IMG/VR virus record: IMGVR_UViG_3300037461_000428
Coordinates: 1-64,000 of that record
From: a virus
Strand: one strand, 5' to 3'
Length of the DNA stretch: 64,000 nucleotides
Made by a program: the position numbers and the translations under genes. Under the pieces are notes generated by a model that was given only the letters and a program-made list of their open reading frames with translations, was not told the DNA's origin and did no database searches. Shown here in pieces: positions 29,887 to 38,270 of the stretch; position 1 is the stretch's first letter; each line of letters begins with the position of its first letter.

Positions 29887-29912
29887 GAGTTCAATTCTCT
29901 TTAGCTCTACCA
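29886..29912 (+). ncRNA. stand-alone T-arm plus ACCA element
   Basis: AGAG-TTCAATT-CTCT-TTAGCTCT-ACCA, located 15 nt before the next ATG. Confidence 0.3.
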
Positions 29913-29926
29913 AATTTTGGAGGAAT

Positions 29927-30259
29927 ATGATTATTAATCCAACTCATTTTTATGAGTTTTATAAAACACATTGCGAAAAGTATGAACTTCCAGTTGATAC
30001 ATTTGAAGATGTTTTAATTGGTCTTTGTTTGTTTTTAGGAAAATGTCTTGATTCTAATTTTATAGAACGTGGAAGTTTTTTATATCAAGGGCAATTATGT
30101 AAAGGACCATATATGGTTGCTATTCCATCAGAGGAAGGTGGATATAAATTTATGTTCGCGAATGATGCAGAGTGTTGCGCTAACCTAACAAAAGATTTAA
30201 TGGAAAATTATTTAATAAAAGATGTTAATACCAATGATGGAACTGAATTTTTTAATTAA
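29927..30259 (+). CDS. hypothetical protein
   Basis: 110-aa ORF, ATG after TGGAGGAAT. Confidence 0.65.
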   Translation: MIINPTHFYEFYKTHCEKYELPVDTFEDVLIGLCLFLGKCLDSNFIERGSFLYQGQLCKGPYMVAIPSEEGGYKFMFANDAECCANLTKDLMENYLIKDVNTNDGTEFFN

Positions 30260-30269
30260 AGGATAAAAA

Positions 30270-30431
30270 ATGAATAAACCAAAATTTAAAAAAGTCGTAA
30301 TTGATCTAACAGATAACGAATTTTTAGTCATAGCAAAAAAGGCTCATGAAGAAGATATCACTTTTAATCAAATGGCTGGAAAGATTATTGAAGAAGAGAT
30401 AAAAAAATTAGAGAAATTAAAAAGGAATTAA
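30270..30431 (+). CDS. small protein, 53 aa (possible ribbon-helix-helix)
   Basis: ATG after AAAGGATAAAAA. The segment VVIDLTDNEFLVIAKKA resembles an RHH strand-helix. Confidence 0.45.
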   Translation: MNKPKFKKVVIDLTDNEFLVIAKKAHEEDITFNQMAGKIIEEEIKKLEKLKRN

Positions 30432-30432
30432 A

Positions 30433-30576
30433 ATGAATGATACAGTAATTAATGATAACGAAAAAGAAATACTTTTAAATCTATTTTATTTTTATATAAA
30501 TATGTTAGGAATTAAACTAGATGAAGGTTATGATAAAGAATTTATTGAGCTTTATTATAAATTGGGTGGTAATTAA
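30433..30576 (+). CDS. small protein, 47 aa
   Basis: The ATG lies 1 nt after the upstream stop. Confidence 0.4.
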   Translation: MNDTVINDNEKEILLNLFYFYINMLGIKLDEGYDKEFIELYYKLGGN

Positions 30577-30628
30577 TTTGCTGTTTTTATAATAAATATA
30601 AACCTAAGAAAAAACAAAGAGAAACCAA

Positions 30629-30820
30629 ATGGAAAACAAACAAAAGACAACTGAAAAGAATGGTACTCTTACTATTTGTGGATTTGTACATGTCTGTGAA
30701 ATTCCTTTAAAGATATGTATTCATAAGGAACCTCATTTATTCACAGATGCTTGTAAAGGTATGTGTAAATATATGGGATACGCTGAGTGCAGAAAAATTA
30801 AAAGTAATGTGGGAATATAA
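30629..30820 (+). CDS. small Cys-rich protein
   Basis: 63-aa ORF. Its stop abuts the tRNA-Gly 5' end. Confidence 0.55.
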   Translation: MENKQKTTEKNGTLTICGFVHVCEIPLKICIHKEPHLFTDACKGMCKYMGYAECRKIKSNVGI

Positions 30821-30891
30821 GTGGGATTACGTTAATGGTAAACCTCTAGCCTTCCAAGCTAGTTTTGTGAGTTCAAGTCTCGCATCCCACA
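30821..30891 (+). tRNA. tRNA-Gly(UCC)
   Basis: Acceptor GTGGGAT/ATCCCAC. Anticodon stem CTAGC/GCTAG with loop CTTCCAA. T-arm GTGAG-TTCAAGT-CTCGC. Confidence 0.85.
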
Positions 30892-30930
30892 ATTTTTTGT
30901 AATATCAAATTAAAACAAAAGGATATTCAA

Positions 30931-31128
30931 ATGAATATTAATATTACTAATTTTTCTGGAGATACAGATGAATTTGAATGTAAAGATATGATATTTGAAA
31001 ATGGTTTTATAGTACTTAAACTCGAAGATGATAAAGATCTTTTTATAAGTCCAACAAAAGTAGCAATTATGGAAGTAATTGATAGACCAAAGAAAAAAGA
31101 AGTAAAACCTAAAAAGGAAAAATTATGA
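30931..31128 (+). CDS. hypothetical protein
   Basis: 65-aa ORF, ATG after AAAGGATATTCAA. Confidence 0.6.
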   Translation: MNINITNFSGDTDEFECKDMIFENGFIVLKLEDDKDLFISPTKVAIMEVIDRPKKKEVKPKKEKL

Positions 31129-31280
31129 ATAAAAATAAAAAGAAAAGAAAAATTGTTTTAACCTTTTTAGCACAACAATATGGCTTAACTATTAATGATC
31201 TTTTAAAAAGATATAATGATATTAAAAAAGAAGATATTTTAGTTGAAACATATGAAGGTCAATACTGGGATTTTACCTAA
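31125..31280 (+). CDS. small basic protein, 51 aa
   Basis: The ATG overlaps the upstream stop (ATGA). Confidence 0.45.
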   Translation: MNKNKKKRKIVLTFLAQQYGLTINDLLKRYNDIKKEDILVETYEGQYWDFT

Positions 31281-31289
31281 GGAGAAAAA

Positions 31290-31520
31290 ATGGGAACTAT
31301 AAAGTTTGATGGAAAAACTACAACGTTCTTTTATGATAATGATACCGGAATGGTATTAATCCAAGGAGGATTTGAACCAGAAATACAAGTAGATGTTCAA
31401 GATTTAATCTCTTTTATTTCTGAAGTTATTGTTAGACCAAAACTAATAGAAGTTATTAAAAACGCTGAACCAATAGATTTGTTACTTGGACAGTTTAATC
31501 CTTTACCATTAATAGAATAA
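31290..31520 (+). CDS. hypothetical protein
   Basis: 76-aa ORF, ATG after AAGGAGAAAAA. Confidence 0.65.
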   Translation: MGTIKFDGKTTTFFYDNDTGMVLIQGGFEPEIQVDVQDLISFISEVIVRPKLIEVIKNAEPIDLLLGQFNPLPLIE

Positions 31521-31521
31521 T

Positions 31522-31878
31522 ATGAAAATTTTAATATTAGAAGACAGCGGCGAAAGAATTTTTGAATTCAAGAAAAGATTAGGTGCTCACGATGTAACTT
31601 TTACAATGGATACTAAAGAATGTATACATTTATTAGCTACTCAAGATTGGGACTATATTTGTCTCGATCATGATATGGGGACTACTTTTGATAAACCAGG
31701 AGAAGGTACTGGATATGAAGTAGCCAAATGGATATCTGAAAATCCTGAACGTAAACCAAGACATATATTATTACACACAATGAATAATGTCGGGGCGTCA
31801 GCTATGATGTTAGTTCTAGGTAGAGTAGGAATAAGAGCAAGTTATATACCTTGTCTATGGACGAAGATAGAAGTTTAA
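31522..31878 (+). CDS. stand-alone receiver (CheY-fold)-like protein
   Basis: MKILILEDSGERI... and ...YICLDHDMG fit a REC-fold acidic pocket. It resembles the receiver-like domains reported next to RNA-repair genes, which is an inference only. Confidence 0.5.
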   Translation: MKILILEDSGERIFEFKKRLGAHDVTFTMDTKECIHLLATQDWDYICLDHDMGTTFDKPGEGTGYEVAKWISENPERKPRHILLHTMNNVGASAMMLVLGRVGIRASYIPCLWTKIEV

Positions 31879-31883
31879 TACAC

Positions 31884-31960
31884 GGTGACGTTAGCTCAGT
31901 TGAAAGAGCGTTGGGATGTGGCCCCAAAGGTCAAGAGTTTGAATCTCTTACGTCACACCA
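31884..31960 (+). tRNA. tRNA-His(GUG) with encoded G-1 and CCA
   Basis: G-1, then acceptor GTGACGT/ACGTCAC. D stem GCTC/GAGC. Anticodon stem TTGGG/CCCAA with loop ATGTGGC. T-arm AAGAG-TTTGAAT-CTCTT. ACCA end. Confidence 0.85.
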
Positions 31961-31976
31961 TTTTAAGGAGAGAATT

Positions 31977-33119
31977 TTGTCAGAAAGAAAATTAGCTCAT
32001 ATTGAATTAATAGAAAAACTGGAACCAATTCCAAATAGTGACTTTCTTGAAAAGGCTACTATACTTGGTTGGGAATGTGTAGTAAAAAAAGATCAGTTTA
32101 AAGTCGGAGAACGAGTTTGTTATATAGAAACCGATAGTATTGTTCCTACTATACCATTCTTTTTCTTTATGGAACCAAGACGTTACCGCGTGAAAATCAT
32201 ACGGTTACGTAAGCAAATTTCACAAGGCCTCGCCATTTCCTTTAGTGACATAGATAAAATATGTAGTGAATTATATAACAATACAATGGGTATTGTTACC
32301 TCTTCCCTAAATATTGGAGAAGATATATCAAAAACGTTACATATTATTAAACATGATCCTCAAGCTAAAGAGGAATTTCTAATAGAAGATAGTAAAAAAG
32401 CTAATCCTATCCATAAGTATTTATTAAAATACAAATGGTATAGAGCTATTCAGCCAAAGAAACAGGGACGATGGCCGAAGTGGATACAAAAAACAGACGA
32501 AGAAAGAATACAAAATATTCCATCTATTCTTATTCATCATGCTGATACCAAAGTTTATTGGTCAGAAAAATTAGATGGAAAAAGTATATCTATCTCATAT
32601 AAGAAGTTAAAAGTATTTGGTATATTTTCAAATTGGATATTTACTGTGTGCTCTAGAAACATCTGGTTGAAGCGGCCTAGCACACAAGACTATTGGAGAA
32701 TAGTTCGACAATTAGATCTTCAAAATAAATTAAAGAACTATAATAGAGAACTAGTTCTTCAAGGAGAACTTTGTGGACCGAGAATACAAAAGAATAAATA
32801 TAATCTTAAAGATATAGATTTATTTATCTTTACTGTTTATGATATAAAACTTGATACCTATTTAGGAATCGAAGGAATTAGAAAAGTTTGTGAAGACCTT
32901 AATTTAAAAATGGTACCAATACTTGGTACAGGAATATTAAAAGAAAACTTTCCCGATGTTCCAAAATGTGTAGAAAAATCAAAAGGAACTTCAATTCTAG
33001 CTAGTGTAAAAAGAGAAGGAATTGTGGTGCGCCAATATAATAACTCAAAAGGAACTAAAGGGCTTTCTTTTAAAGTAATTTCGCCAGAGTTCTTACTTGG
33101 ACTAAGCGAAGATGAATAA
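31977..33119 (+). CDS. RNA ligase (KxDG nucleotidyltransferase, DRB0094/Rnl-like)
   Basis: WSEKLDGKS is adenylation motif I. The N-terminal AHIELIEKLEPIPNSDFLEKATILGWECVVKK resembles the RNA-ligase N-domain. A TTG start after AAGGAGAGAA is assumed because the track ORF 31851 runs through tRNA-His. Confidence 0.65.
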   Translation: MSERKLAHIELIEKLEPIPNSDFLEKATILGWECVVKKDQFKVGERVCYIETDSIVPTIPFFFFMEPRRYRVKIIRLRKQISQGLAISFSDIDKICSELYNNTMGIVTSSLNIGEDISKTLHIIKHDPQAKEEFLIEDSKKANPIHKYLLKYKWYRAIQPKKQGRWPKWIQKTDEERIQNIPSILIHHADTKVYWSEKLDGKSISISYKKLKVFGIFSNWIFTVCSRNIWLKRPSTQDYWRIVRQLDLQNKLKNYNRELVLQGELCGPRIQKNKYNLKDIDLFIFTVYDIKLDTYLGIEGIRKVCEDLNLKMVPILGTGILKENFPDVPKCVEKSKGTSILASVKREGIVVRQYNNSKGTKGLSFKVISPEFLLGLSEDE

Positions 33120-33190
33120 ATTAGTATATATTTATCTTTATTTTTATATGATAGAATTGATTATTTAGTTAATAATATTTTATAGAATTA

Positions 33191-33311
33191 CCTAGGTGTA
33201 AGGGTTCAATTCCCTAAATTGAAAGTCGCGACTTTTCAATTACATTTGATCCGATTCTATAAACGATAGGATCTAAAATTCATCTGGCAGCGTAAGCTTG
33301 ATGGCACCTAG
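33191..33311 (+). ncRNA. tRNA-like structured RNA upstream of the Y-RNA-like array
   Basis: Closing stem CCTAGGTG/CACCTAG. T-arm-like GGG-TTCAATT-CCC. Hairpins TTGAAAGTCGCGACTTTTCAA and GATCC..GGATC. Confidence 0.35.
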
Positions 33312-33323
33312 ATTTAATTTTTT

Positions 33324-33436
33324 GAGTGGGTGTAGATAACAGTTACTTCACTTGAAAATCTGCCTTAGGCAGACCCGTGTAAGTCAAACTAGCACACGTT
33401 ATAGTCGTGGCATACCTGTTGTCGTTTTTATCACTC
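33324..33436 (+). ncRNA. Y-RNA-like (Yrl) RNA, copy 1
   Basis: 5' GAGTG-GGTGTAG-ATAACA-GTTACTTC. 3' CTGTTGTC-GTTTTTATC-ACTC. The 5' and 3' ends pair. The motif pair is repeated in the copies below. Confidence 0.6.
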
Positions 33437-33548
33437 AAATTTTATTATTGATCTGAAGGAAAATTGGGGTCGCTTTTCCTGTTCATCTCCAATTTAACCG
33501 CCTTCAGAACTAAATGATCCTTAATAATATAAGGATCATGTTTTAAAT

Positions 33549-33653
33549 GGTCGGGTGTAGTAAACGGTTACTTCTACATTTTATGTAATGCAAGTGAAAT
33601 TCAAGGCCTGTTGCACGTATAGTCGTGCGGATCCGTTTACGTTTTTATCGACC
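33549..33653 (+). ncRNA. Y-RNA-like RNA, copy 2
   Basis: GGTCG-GGTGTAG-TAAACG-GTTACTTC ... CCGTTTAC-GTTTTTATC-GACC. The spacer covaries (TAAACGG/CCGTTTA). Confidence 0.6.
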
Positions 33654-33674
33654 TTTATTTTTATTGATATAATT

Positions 33675-33761
33675 AAATTCAAGGGTGTAGTAGAGAGTTA
33701 CTTCTAATCGCATATAGATAGGCCGTAAGGCCATTTCTCTCTACGTTTTAATCTTGAATTT
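33675..33761 (+). ncRNA. Y-RNA-like RNA, copy 3 (short)
   Basis: AAATTCAAG-GGTGTAG-TAGAGA-GTTACTTC ... TCTCTCTAC-GTTTTAATC-TTGAATTT. Confidence 0.55.
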
Positions 33762-33779
33762 AATTAAATTAATAAACAA

Positions 33780-33942
33780 GATCGGGTGTAGATTACAGTT
33801 ACTTCTATCGAACTTACGATCGGTGGTTCGAATCCATCTCTATAAGGAAACTTGTAGATGGCCTAGTGGTAAGGCAAAAGTATGTGAAATTCAGAGCTGA
33901 CACGTTATAGCCGTGACATTCCTGTAGTCGTTTTTATCGATC
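33780..33942 (+). ncRNA. Y-RNA-like RNA, copy 4, with a tRNA-like module (YrlA-type)
   Basis: GATCG-GGTGTAG-ATTACA-GTTACTTC ... CCTGTAGTC-GTTTTTATC-GATC. The interior has GGTGG-TTCGAAT-CCATC and GCCTAGTGGTAAGGC. Confidence 0.6.
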
Positions 33943-33957
33943 TTTAAATAATCCATA

Positions 33958-34075
33958 AGTGGTGTAGACCTACGAAAGTATAGCTGACAAGGCTCTAGAC
34001 ATGGTCGAGGGGTTACCTACCGAAACTAGTAAGGTATGTGGCGGTAATGAAGGGGATTATTTATTATTTTTGCTT
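33958..34075 (+). ncRNA. possible divergent Y-RNA-like copy
   Basis: It has GGTGTAGACCTAC and GGTTACCTAC, but the two are separated by about 45 nt and the GTTTTTATC partner is missing. Confidence 0.25.
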
Positions 34076-34179
34076 TAGTTGACGACGAAACAAGATCCAG
34101 CCAGACACCAGAGCCTCTTAACAATGCTACAAATATTGGTCAACTGGTGTTGAATGTGGACTTACTAAAGCATTATTAA

Positions 34180-34306
34180 TAACGGGTGTAGACAAGAGTT
34201 ACTTCACTGATAATGAAAAGATATGGGTTCGAGTCCCATACCCTTCGTAAGAAGGGACTAGCTCAATGGCTAGAGCGTTAAAATACTCTTATCGTTTTTA
34301 TCGTTA
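34180..34306 (+). ncRNA. Y-RNA-like RNA, copy 5, with a tRNA-like module (YrlA-type)
   Basis: TAACG-GGTGTAG-ACAAGA-GTTACTTC ... ACTCTTATC-GTTTTTATC-GTTA. The interior has ATGGG-TTCGAGT-CCCAT and GCTCAATGGCTAGAGC. Confidence 0.6.
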
Positions 34307-34337
34307 TTATTTTCTCTCACACAAATAGGAGGGTGTT

Positions 34338-35888
34338 ATGAAACAAAATACAAAAGCAACTGGAAATGGAAAAACTGTTCTTACTATTGGTAAAACTTTA
34401 AATAAGGCCGGCGAAGAAGCCTTTGAGCTTAAGGATCGCGAGAAGCTTGTAACAGGCATTTTAACATGCCTAGTCAATGAGCCTACGTATTATGGAGATA
34501 CTACTCCAGATGTCATTAAAGTAGCCCGTAAGCTTATTCAGACAGATCCTGAGTTTGTCGCAAAGGCCGCGTGCTATGCAAGAAACGTTTTTCATATGAG
34601 AAGCATATCTCATGTACTTGCTGCAGAAGTAGCAAAAGGAGCTAAGGGAAGCAATGTTGTCCGTAAGATGACTCGTAAAATAATTGAGCGTGCCGATGAT
34701 ATTACCAATATCCTTTCCTACCACTTTAAGACTTGGGGAAAGAGAAAAAAGGATCCTGCTCTTACTGTAACCCAGTCAGACAATCCTGTATCAAGAGCTC
34801 TCCGTAGAGGAATAGCTGATGTATTCCCAAGATTCGACGAGTATTCTCTTGCTAAGTATAAAGGCGACGACAACGACGTCAAGCTTCGTGACGCCCTATT
34901 ACTTTCCAGACCTAAGCCTACTAATGAAGCACAAACCCAGCTTTGGAAGAAATTAATCGAAGGTAAGCTGGCTACGCCAGAGACCAGAGAAACTATTCTT
35001 TCCGAGAAAGGTCAGTCTAAGGAAACTTGGGAGAAGATCATTGATGGTAAAGCAGGATATATGATGCTTCTAAGAAACCTTAAGAATATTCTGGAAAATA
35101 AGGTTAGTCAGTCTCATCTTGATAAGGTATGTACTATTATTAGTGACACTGATCAGGTAAAGAAGTCAAAACAGTTCCCATTTAGATTCTTCTCTGCTTA
35201 TCGTGAAGTTGAAAATTTGGGATCTTTGAGATCTCAGCAAGTTTTAGATGCTCTTGAAAATGCGCTTAATACGTCATTTGAAAATCTTCCAAAGTTGGCC
35301 GGAACCACTGCAATTATTGTGGATCAATCTGGTAGTATGGATAGTCCTCTTAGCGAAAAAAGTAAAATCAATCTAAGGGACGTTGGCAATCTTCTTGCCG
35401 CAGCGGCATTAAAGTTCTGCGATAGAGCAGTTACTATTCCATTTGGATATACTGCAAAAGTTATATCTTTATCTTCTCGTAATAATATCTTTGCGAATAT
35501 GACAAAGATGGAGAATTCAGGAGTTGGTCATTCGACTTATCTTATTTCAGCATTTGAAGAAATTGATAAGCTGGATGAGAAAATTGATCGCATCCTTATT
35601 TTCTCTGATATGCAGGCATATGGAGAAGTAGCGACCATATTTGGATATTTCAGACGTCCATCGACTCCGTTATATAATAGCTGTCAGGCTTGGTTTGAAG
35701 CCTATAAACAAAAAGTGCCAGCGTTATGGTTACATTCATTTGATTTAGCTGGCCATAGTACTACTAAAGTAGCCGGAAAAGGTGTAAATCTTATCTCTGG
35801 TTGGTCAGAAAAAGTATTTGATTATGTTTCTCAGGTAGAAGAAGGCAGAGCCGGTCTAATCAAAGCAATTGAAGAATACGTAATTTAA
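34338..35888 (+). CDS. rsr: Ro60/TROVE-domain protein with C-terminal vWA domain (Rsr-like)
   Basis: 516 aa, ATG after ATAGGAGGGTGTT. The N-terminal part resembles TROVE (LVNEPTYYGD...FVAKAACYARN..HMR). IIVDQSGSM is the MIDAS motif. It sits immediately after the Y-RNA-like array. Confidence 0.75.
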   Translation: MKQNTKATGNGKTVLTIGKTLNKAGEEAFELKDREKLVTGILTCLVNEPTYYGDTTPDVIKVARKLIQTDPEFVAKAACYARNVFHMRSISHVLAAEVAKGAKGSNVVRKMTRKIIERADDITNILSYHFKTWGKRKKDPALTVTQSDNPVSRALRRGIADVFPRFDEYSLAKYKGDDNDVKLRDALLLSRPKPTNEAQTQLWKKLIEGKLATPETRETILSEKGQSKETWEKIIDGKAGYMMLLRNLKNILENKVSQSHLDKVCTIISDTDQVKKSKQFPFRFFSAYREVENLGSLRSQQVLDALENALNTSFENLPKLAGTTAIIVDQSGSMDSPLSEKSKINLRDVGNLLAAAALKFCDRAVTIPFGYTAKVISLSSRNNIFANMTKMENSGVGHSTYLISAFEEIDKLDEKIDRILIFSDMQAYGEVATIFGYFRRPSTPLYNSCQAWFEAYKQKVPALWLHSFDLAGHSTTKVAGKGVNLISGWSEKVFDYVSQVEEGRAGLIKAIEEYVI

Positions 35889-35892
35889 ATTT

Positions 35893-36039
35893 AAACAGTT
35901 GGTGGCGAAAAGTTGTTATATAATTAGAATAATAAAAATGGATAAAGTAAATGAAAATGTAGTAATGGGTGATTTCTTCAGATGACGCACTACAGCAACT
36001 TCTAAGAAAAATCCATCAAAGCCAACTGTTTATTTTTTT
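35893..36039 (+). ncRNA. candidate structured RNA downstream of the Ro60 gene
   Basis: A 10-bp closing stem AAACAGTTGG/CCAACTGTTT is followed by ATTTTTTT. No credible ORF. Confidence 0.3.
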
Positions 36040-36050
36040 AAGGAATTAAA

Positions 36051-36470
36051 ATGATAGAGATTAGTATTAAGGATAAGAATAGACTAATTATTTTAAACGT
36101 AGTAGGAAAGACTCCTATACGTGGAAGAATATCTTCTAATAATTACTTTCATACTCCTCTAGAACTTCTTCTGTCTGCTCTTGGTTTGTGTATAGGTGGG
36201 AAAATAAACGACTACTGTCGATTAAACGAATTAAATCCGGCTATTTTTGAACAAATTGCCGTTGGTCTTGAAGAGAATAAATTTATTGTATTTATTAAGC
36301 GACCAGAAGATTTTAATCCAGAACACATAGAAAGAATAAGTACCGAAATTTCTTATTGTACCATTGCTCAGGAATTAAAAAAAGAAGTAACAGTAAGATG
36401 GGAACTAAATAATACGCCTACTAAAGAATTACTAAAACCAGTAGAACAACCTTGTTGTGGAGCAAAATAA
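36051..36470 (+). CDS. OsmC/Ohr-like protein
   Basis: PLELLLSALGLCIGGKI resembles the OsmC-family P.ELL..AL..C motif. Confidence 0.5.
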   Translation: MIEISIKDKNRLIILNVVGKTPIRGRISSNNYFHTPLELLLSALGLCIGGKINDYCRLNELNPAIFEQIAVGLEENKFIVFIKRPEDFNPEHIERISTEISYCTIAQELKKEVTVRWELNNTPTKELLKPVEQPCCGAK

Positions 36471-36801
36471 AATAGGATTAAATTTAAGAACAGGTTTAAC
36501 ACCAGATAGTAAAAAAGAACATCATCAAGAAATGCAAAAACTCTCCAATAAAGAAGATAAGACTGGAAAATCTCTTGATCTTAATAATAAAACTGTTTGT
36601 ATAACAGGAACAACTATTGGATATACCCGCAAAGAAGCACAATCTCAACTTATAAAGAAGTTTCCTAAAATTACATTTTCCCATATAATAACTTCTTATG
36701 TAGACTACCTAATAATTGGACACGGAATAGGCCAAACAAAAATTAAAGCCGCACAAAAACATGCAATACAAATTATAGAATCTTCACTATTTTTCTCCTA
36801 A
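36457..36801 (+). CDS. BRCT-domain protein; start uncertain
   Basis: KTVCITGTTIGYTRKEAQSQLIKKF...VDYLIIGHGIGQTKIKAAQKHAIQII parallels the BRCT domain of NAD-dependent ligases. The track start is a GTG. Confidence 0.5.
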   Translation: MEQNKIGLNLRTGLTPDSKKEHHQEMQKLSNKEDKTGKSLDLNNKTVCITGTTIGYTRKEAQSQLIKKFPKITFSHIITSYVDYLIIGHGIGQTKIKAAQKHAIQIIESSLFFS

Positions 36802-36810
36802 GGAGGAAAT

Positions 36811-37074
36811 ATGCCTACAACTGAAGGTCGTTGGCCAGTAACTCATCTTACCGAACATAAGGTGATGTTTAATAATTTAATTATACTTTTAGCAGACATC
36901 GATCACGCATTAAATGAAGATGGAACACCTATAGTCTTGCCAAGAACAGAAGCAGGAGTTATAATCTGGAATGAAGTTTCAGTTGCCTTTATTATTCAAT
37001 GGTATATGATGAATGCTCAGAGATTAACACATAATCATAAAGAGAAATTAAATAATAATGTTACACCCAGTTGA
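36811..37074 (+). CDS. hypothetical protein
   Basis: 87-aa ORF, ATG after TAAGGAGGAAAT. Confidence 0.65.
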   Translation: MPTTEGRWPVTHLTEHKVMFNNLIILLADIDHALNEDGTPIVLPRTEAGVIIWNEVSVAFIIQWYMMNAQRLTHNHKEKLNNNVTPS

Positions 37075-37573
37075 ACCAATTAAGATTTATTTGTGCGGAT
37101 ACATAGGCGGACCAGCAGTTATAGATAAATGTATCGAGTGGAGACAGAGAATTGTTGAGAAGTATAATGACTATAAAGGAGACGGTCAACGATATCCTAT
37201 CGTATGGCTAGATCCAATCAATGGTAAAGACTGTAAGTTCATGGATAAACACGGACTAAAGTCTAACGTACCTTCGCATGCTATTATGCATCGAGATTAT
37301 CAGTGTGTAATGCGTGCCGATCTTATCGTAGCTAACATGGATACCTTTGGTCAGGAACGCCCACTCATTGGAAGTGTCTTTGAACTAGCATGGGCATGGG
37401 AACACCATAAGCCTATCATTTTGATCACAGACAATCCAATGTATACAGAACATCCCTTCTTGAGTTATGCTGCGTCACACGTAGTATCCTCAGTAGATGA
37501 TCTTCTAGAGAAGAAAGTAATTAACTATTACTTTAAAGGTTGGAACGATGCAATTTATTATGAGGAGAAATAA
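37058..37573 (+). CDS. nucleoside 2-deoxyribosyltransferase-like protein
   Basis: IYLCGYIGG near the N-terminus and VFELAWAWEHHKPIILI fit the NDT-like family pattern. Confidence 0.45.
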   Translation: MLHPVEPIKIYLCGYIGGPAVIDKCIEWRQRIVEKYNDYKGDGQRYPIVWLDPINGKDCKFMDKHGLKSNVPSHAIMHRDYQCVMRADLIVANMDTFGQERPLIGSVFELAWAWEHHKPIILITDNPMYTEHPFLSYAASHVVSSVDDLLEKKVINYYFKGWNDAIYYEEK

Positions 37574-37743
37574 TGGCTAAATTTTTAGTAGATCTATGGA
37601 TGGATGGATATAAAAGCGAAAAGGAAATGATAGAAGCATGTGAAGAATTTATTAAAGAACAATTAGATTTTAGTGCTTCTTCTGTAGACGTAAGTCTATT
37701 AACTGATAAAGAAATCAAAGCATTAGAAAGAGAAAAAGAATAA
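37573..37743 (+). CDS. small acidic protein, 56 aa
   Basis: ATG after TGAGGAGAAATA. It overlaps the upstream stop. Confidence 0.55.
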   Translation: MAKFLVDLWMDGYKSEKEMIEACEEFIKEQLDFSASSVDVSLLTDKEIKALEREKE

Positions 37744-37881
37744 TGCCTTAGTTACGATGTTAACAGTAATTAAAGAACAAGGACACATATTATATAACTT
37801 TAAATAAAGGAGTAAATTATCCCTTATATAACTAGAGAAAAAAGAGCAAAATATAATGAAATCTTACGCCACCTTCCAGAT

Positions 37882-38082
37882 ATGGAATCGAAAGGTGATT
37901 TAGAATATTGTATATTCTATCTCATGAGGAGATTTATATATAGACTTAAGAAAAATTATACCAACTTACATGATGTAACATATGCATGTCATCATGCATC
38001 AGATGAATTTAGAAGACGTTATCTAGACGAAAGGGAGAATGACGCTCTTTCGGAAAACGGGGATATAACAGGAGTTGAATAA
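37882..38082 (+). CDS. hypothetical protein; may start upstream at a non-AUG codon
   Basis: 66-aa ORF. The frame is open from 37816 (ATT) just after AAAGGAG. Confidence 0.5.
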   Translation: MESKGDLEYCIFYLMRRFIYRLKKNYTNLHDVTYACHHASDEFRRRYLDERENDALSENGDITGVE

Positions 38083-38270
38083 TGAGTGCAAAAAGTCGCA
38101 GTAATTTTCCAATAGGTATGTATGTTTCACAAGAAGATTGGAACAAGTGGTTCCCAAAGGAGAAGAAAGATGGGATTAAATCTGAGAAACAATGCGGAAA
38201 CCCCATTTCAGAATCTAGTAGCTCTATTCAAACTCCGAGTAGAGAAAGTACAGATCAGAACCACTCTTGA
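38082..38270 (+). CDS. hypothetical protein
   Basis: 62-aa ORF whose ATG overlaps the upstream stop. It overlaps 38170-38637 in another frame. Confidence 0.4.
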   Translation: MSAKSRSNFPIGMYVSQEDWNKWFPKEKKDGIKSEKQCGNPISESSSSIQTPSRESTDQNHS

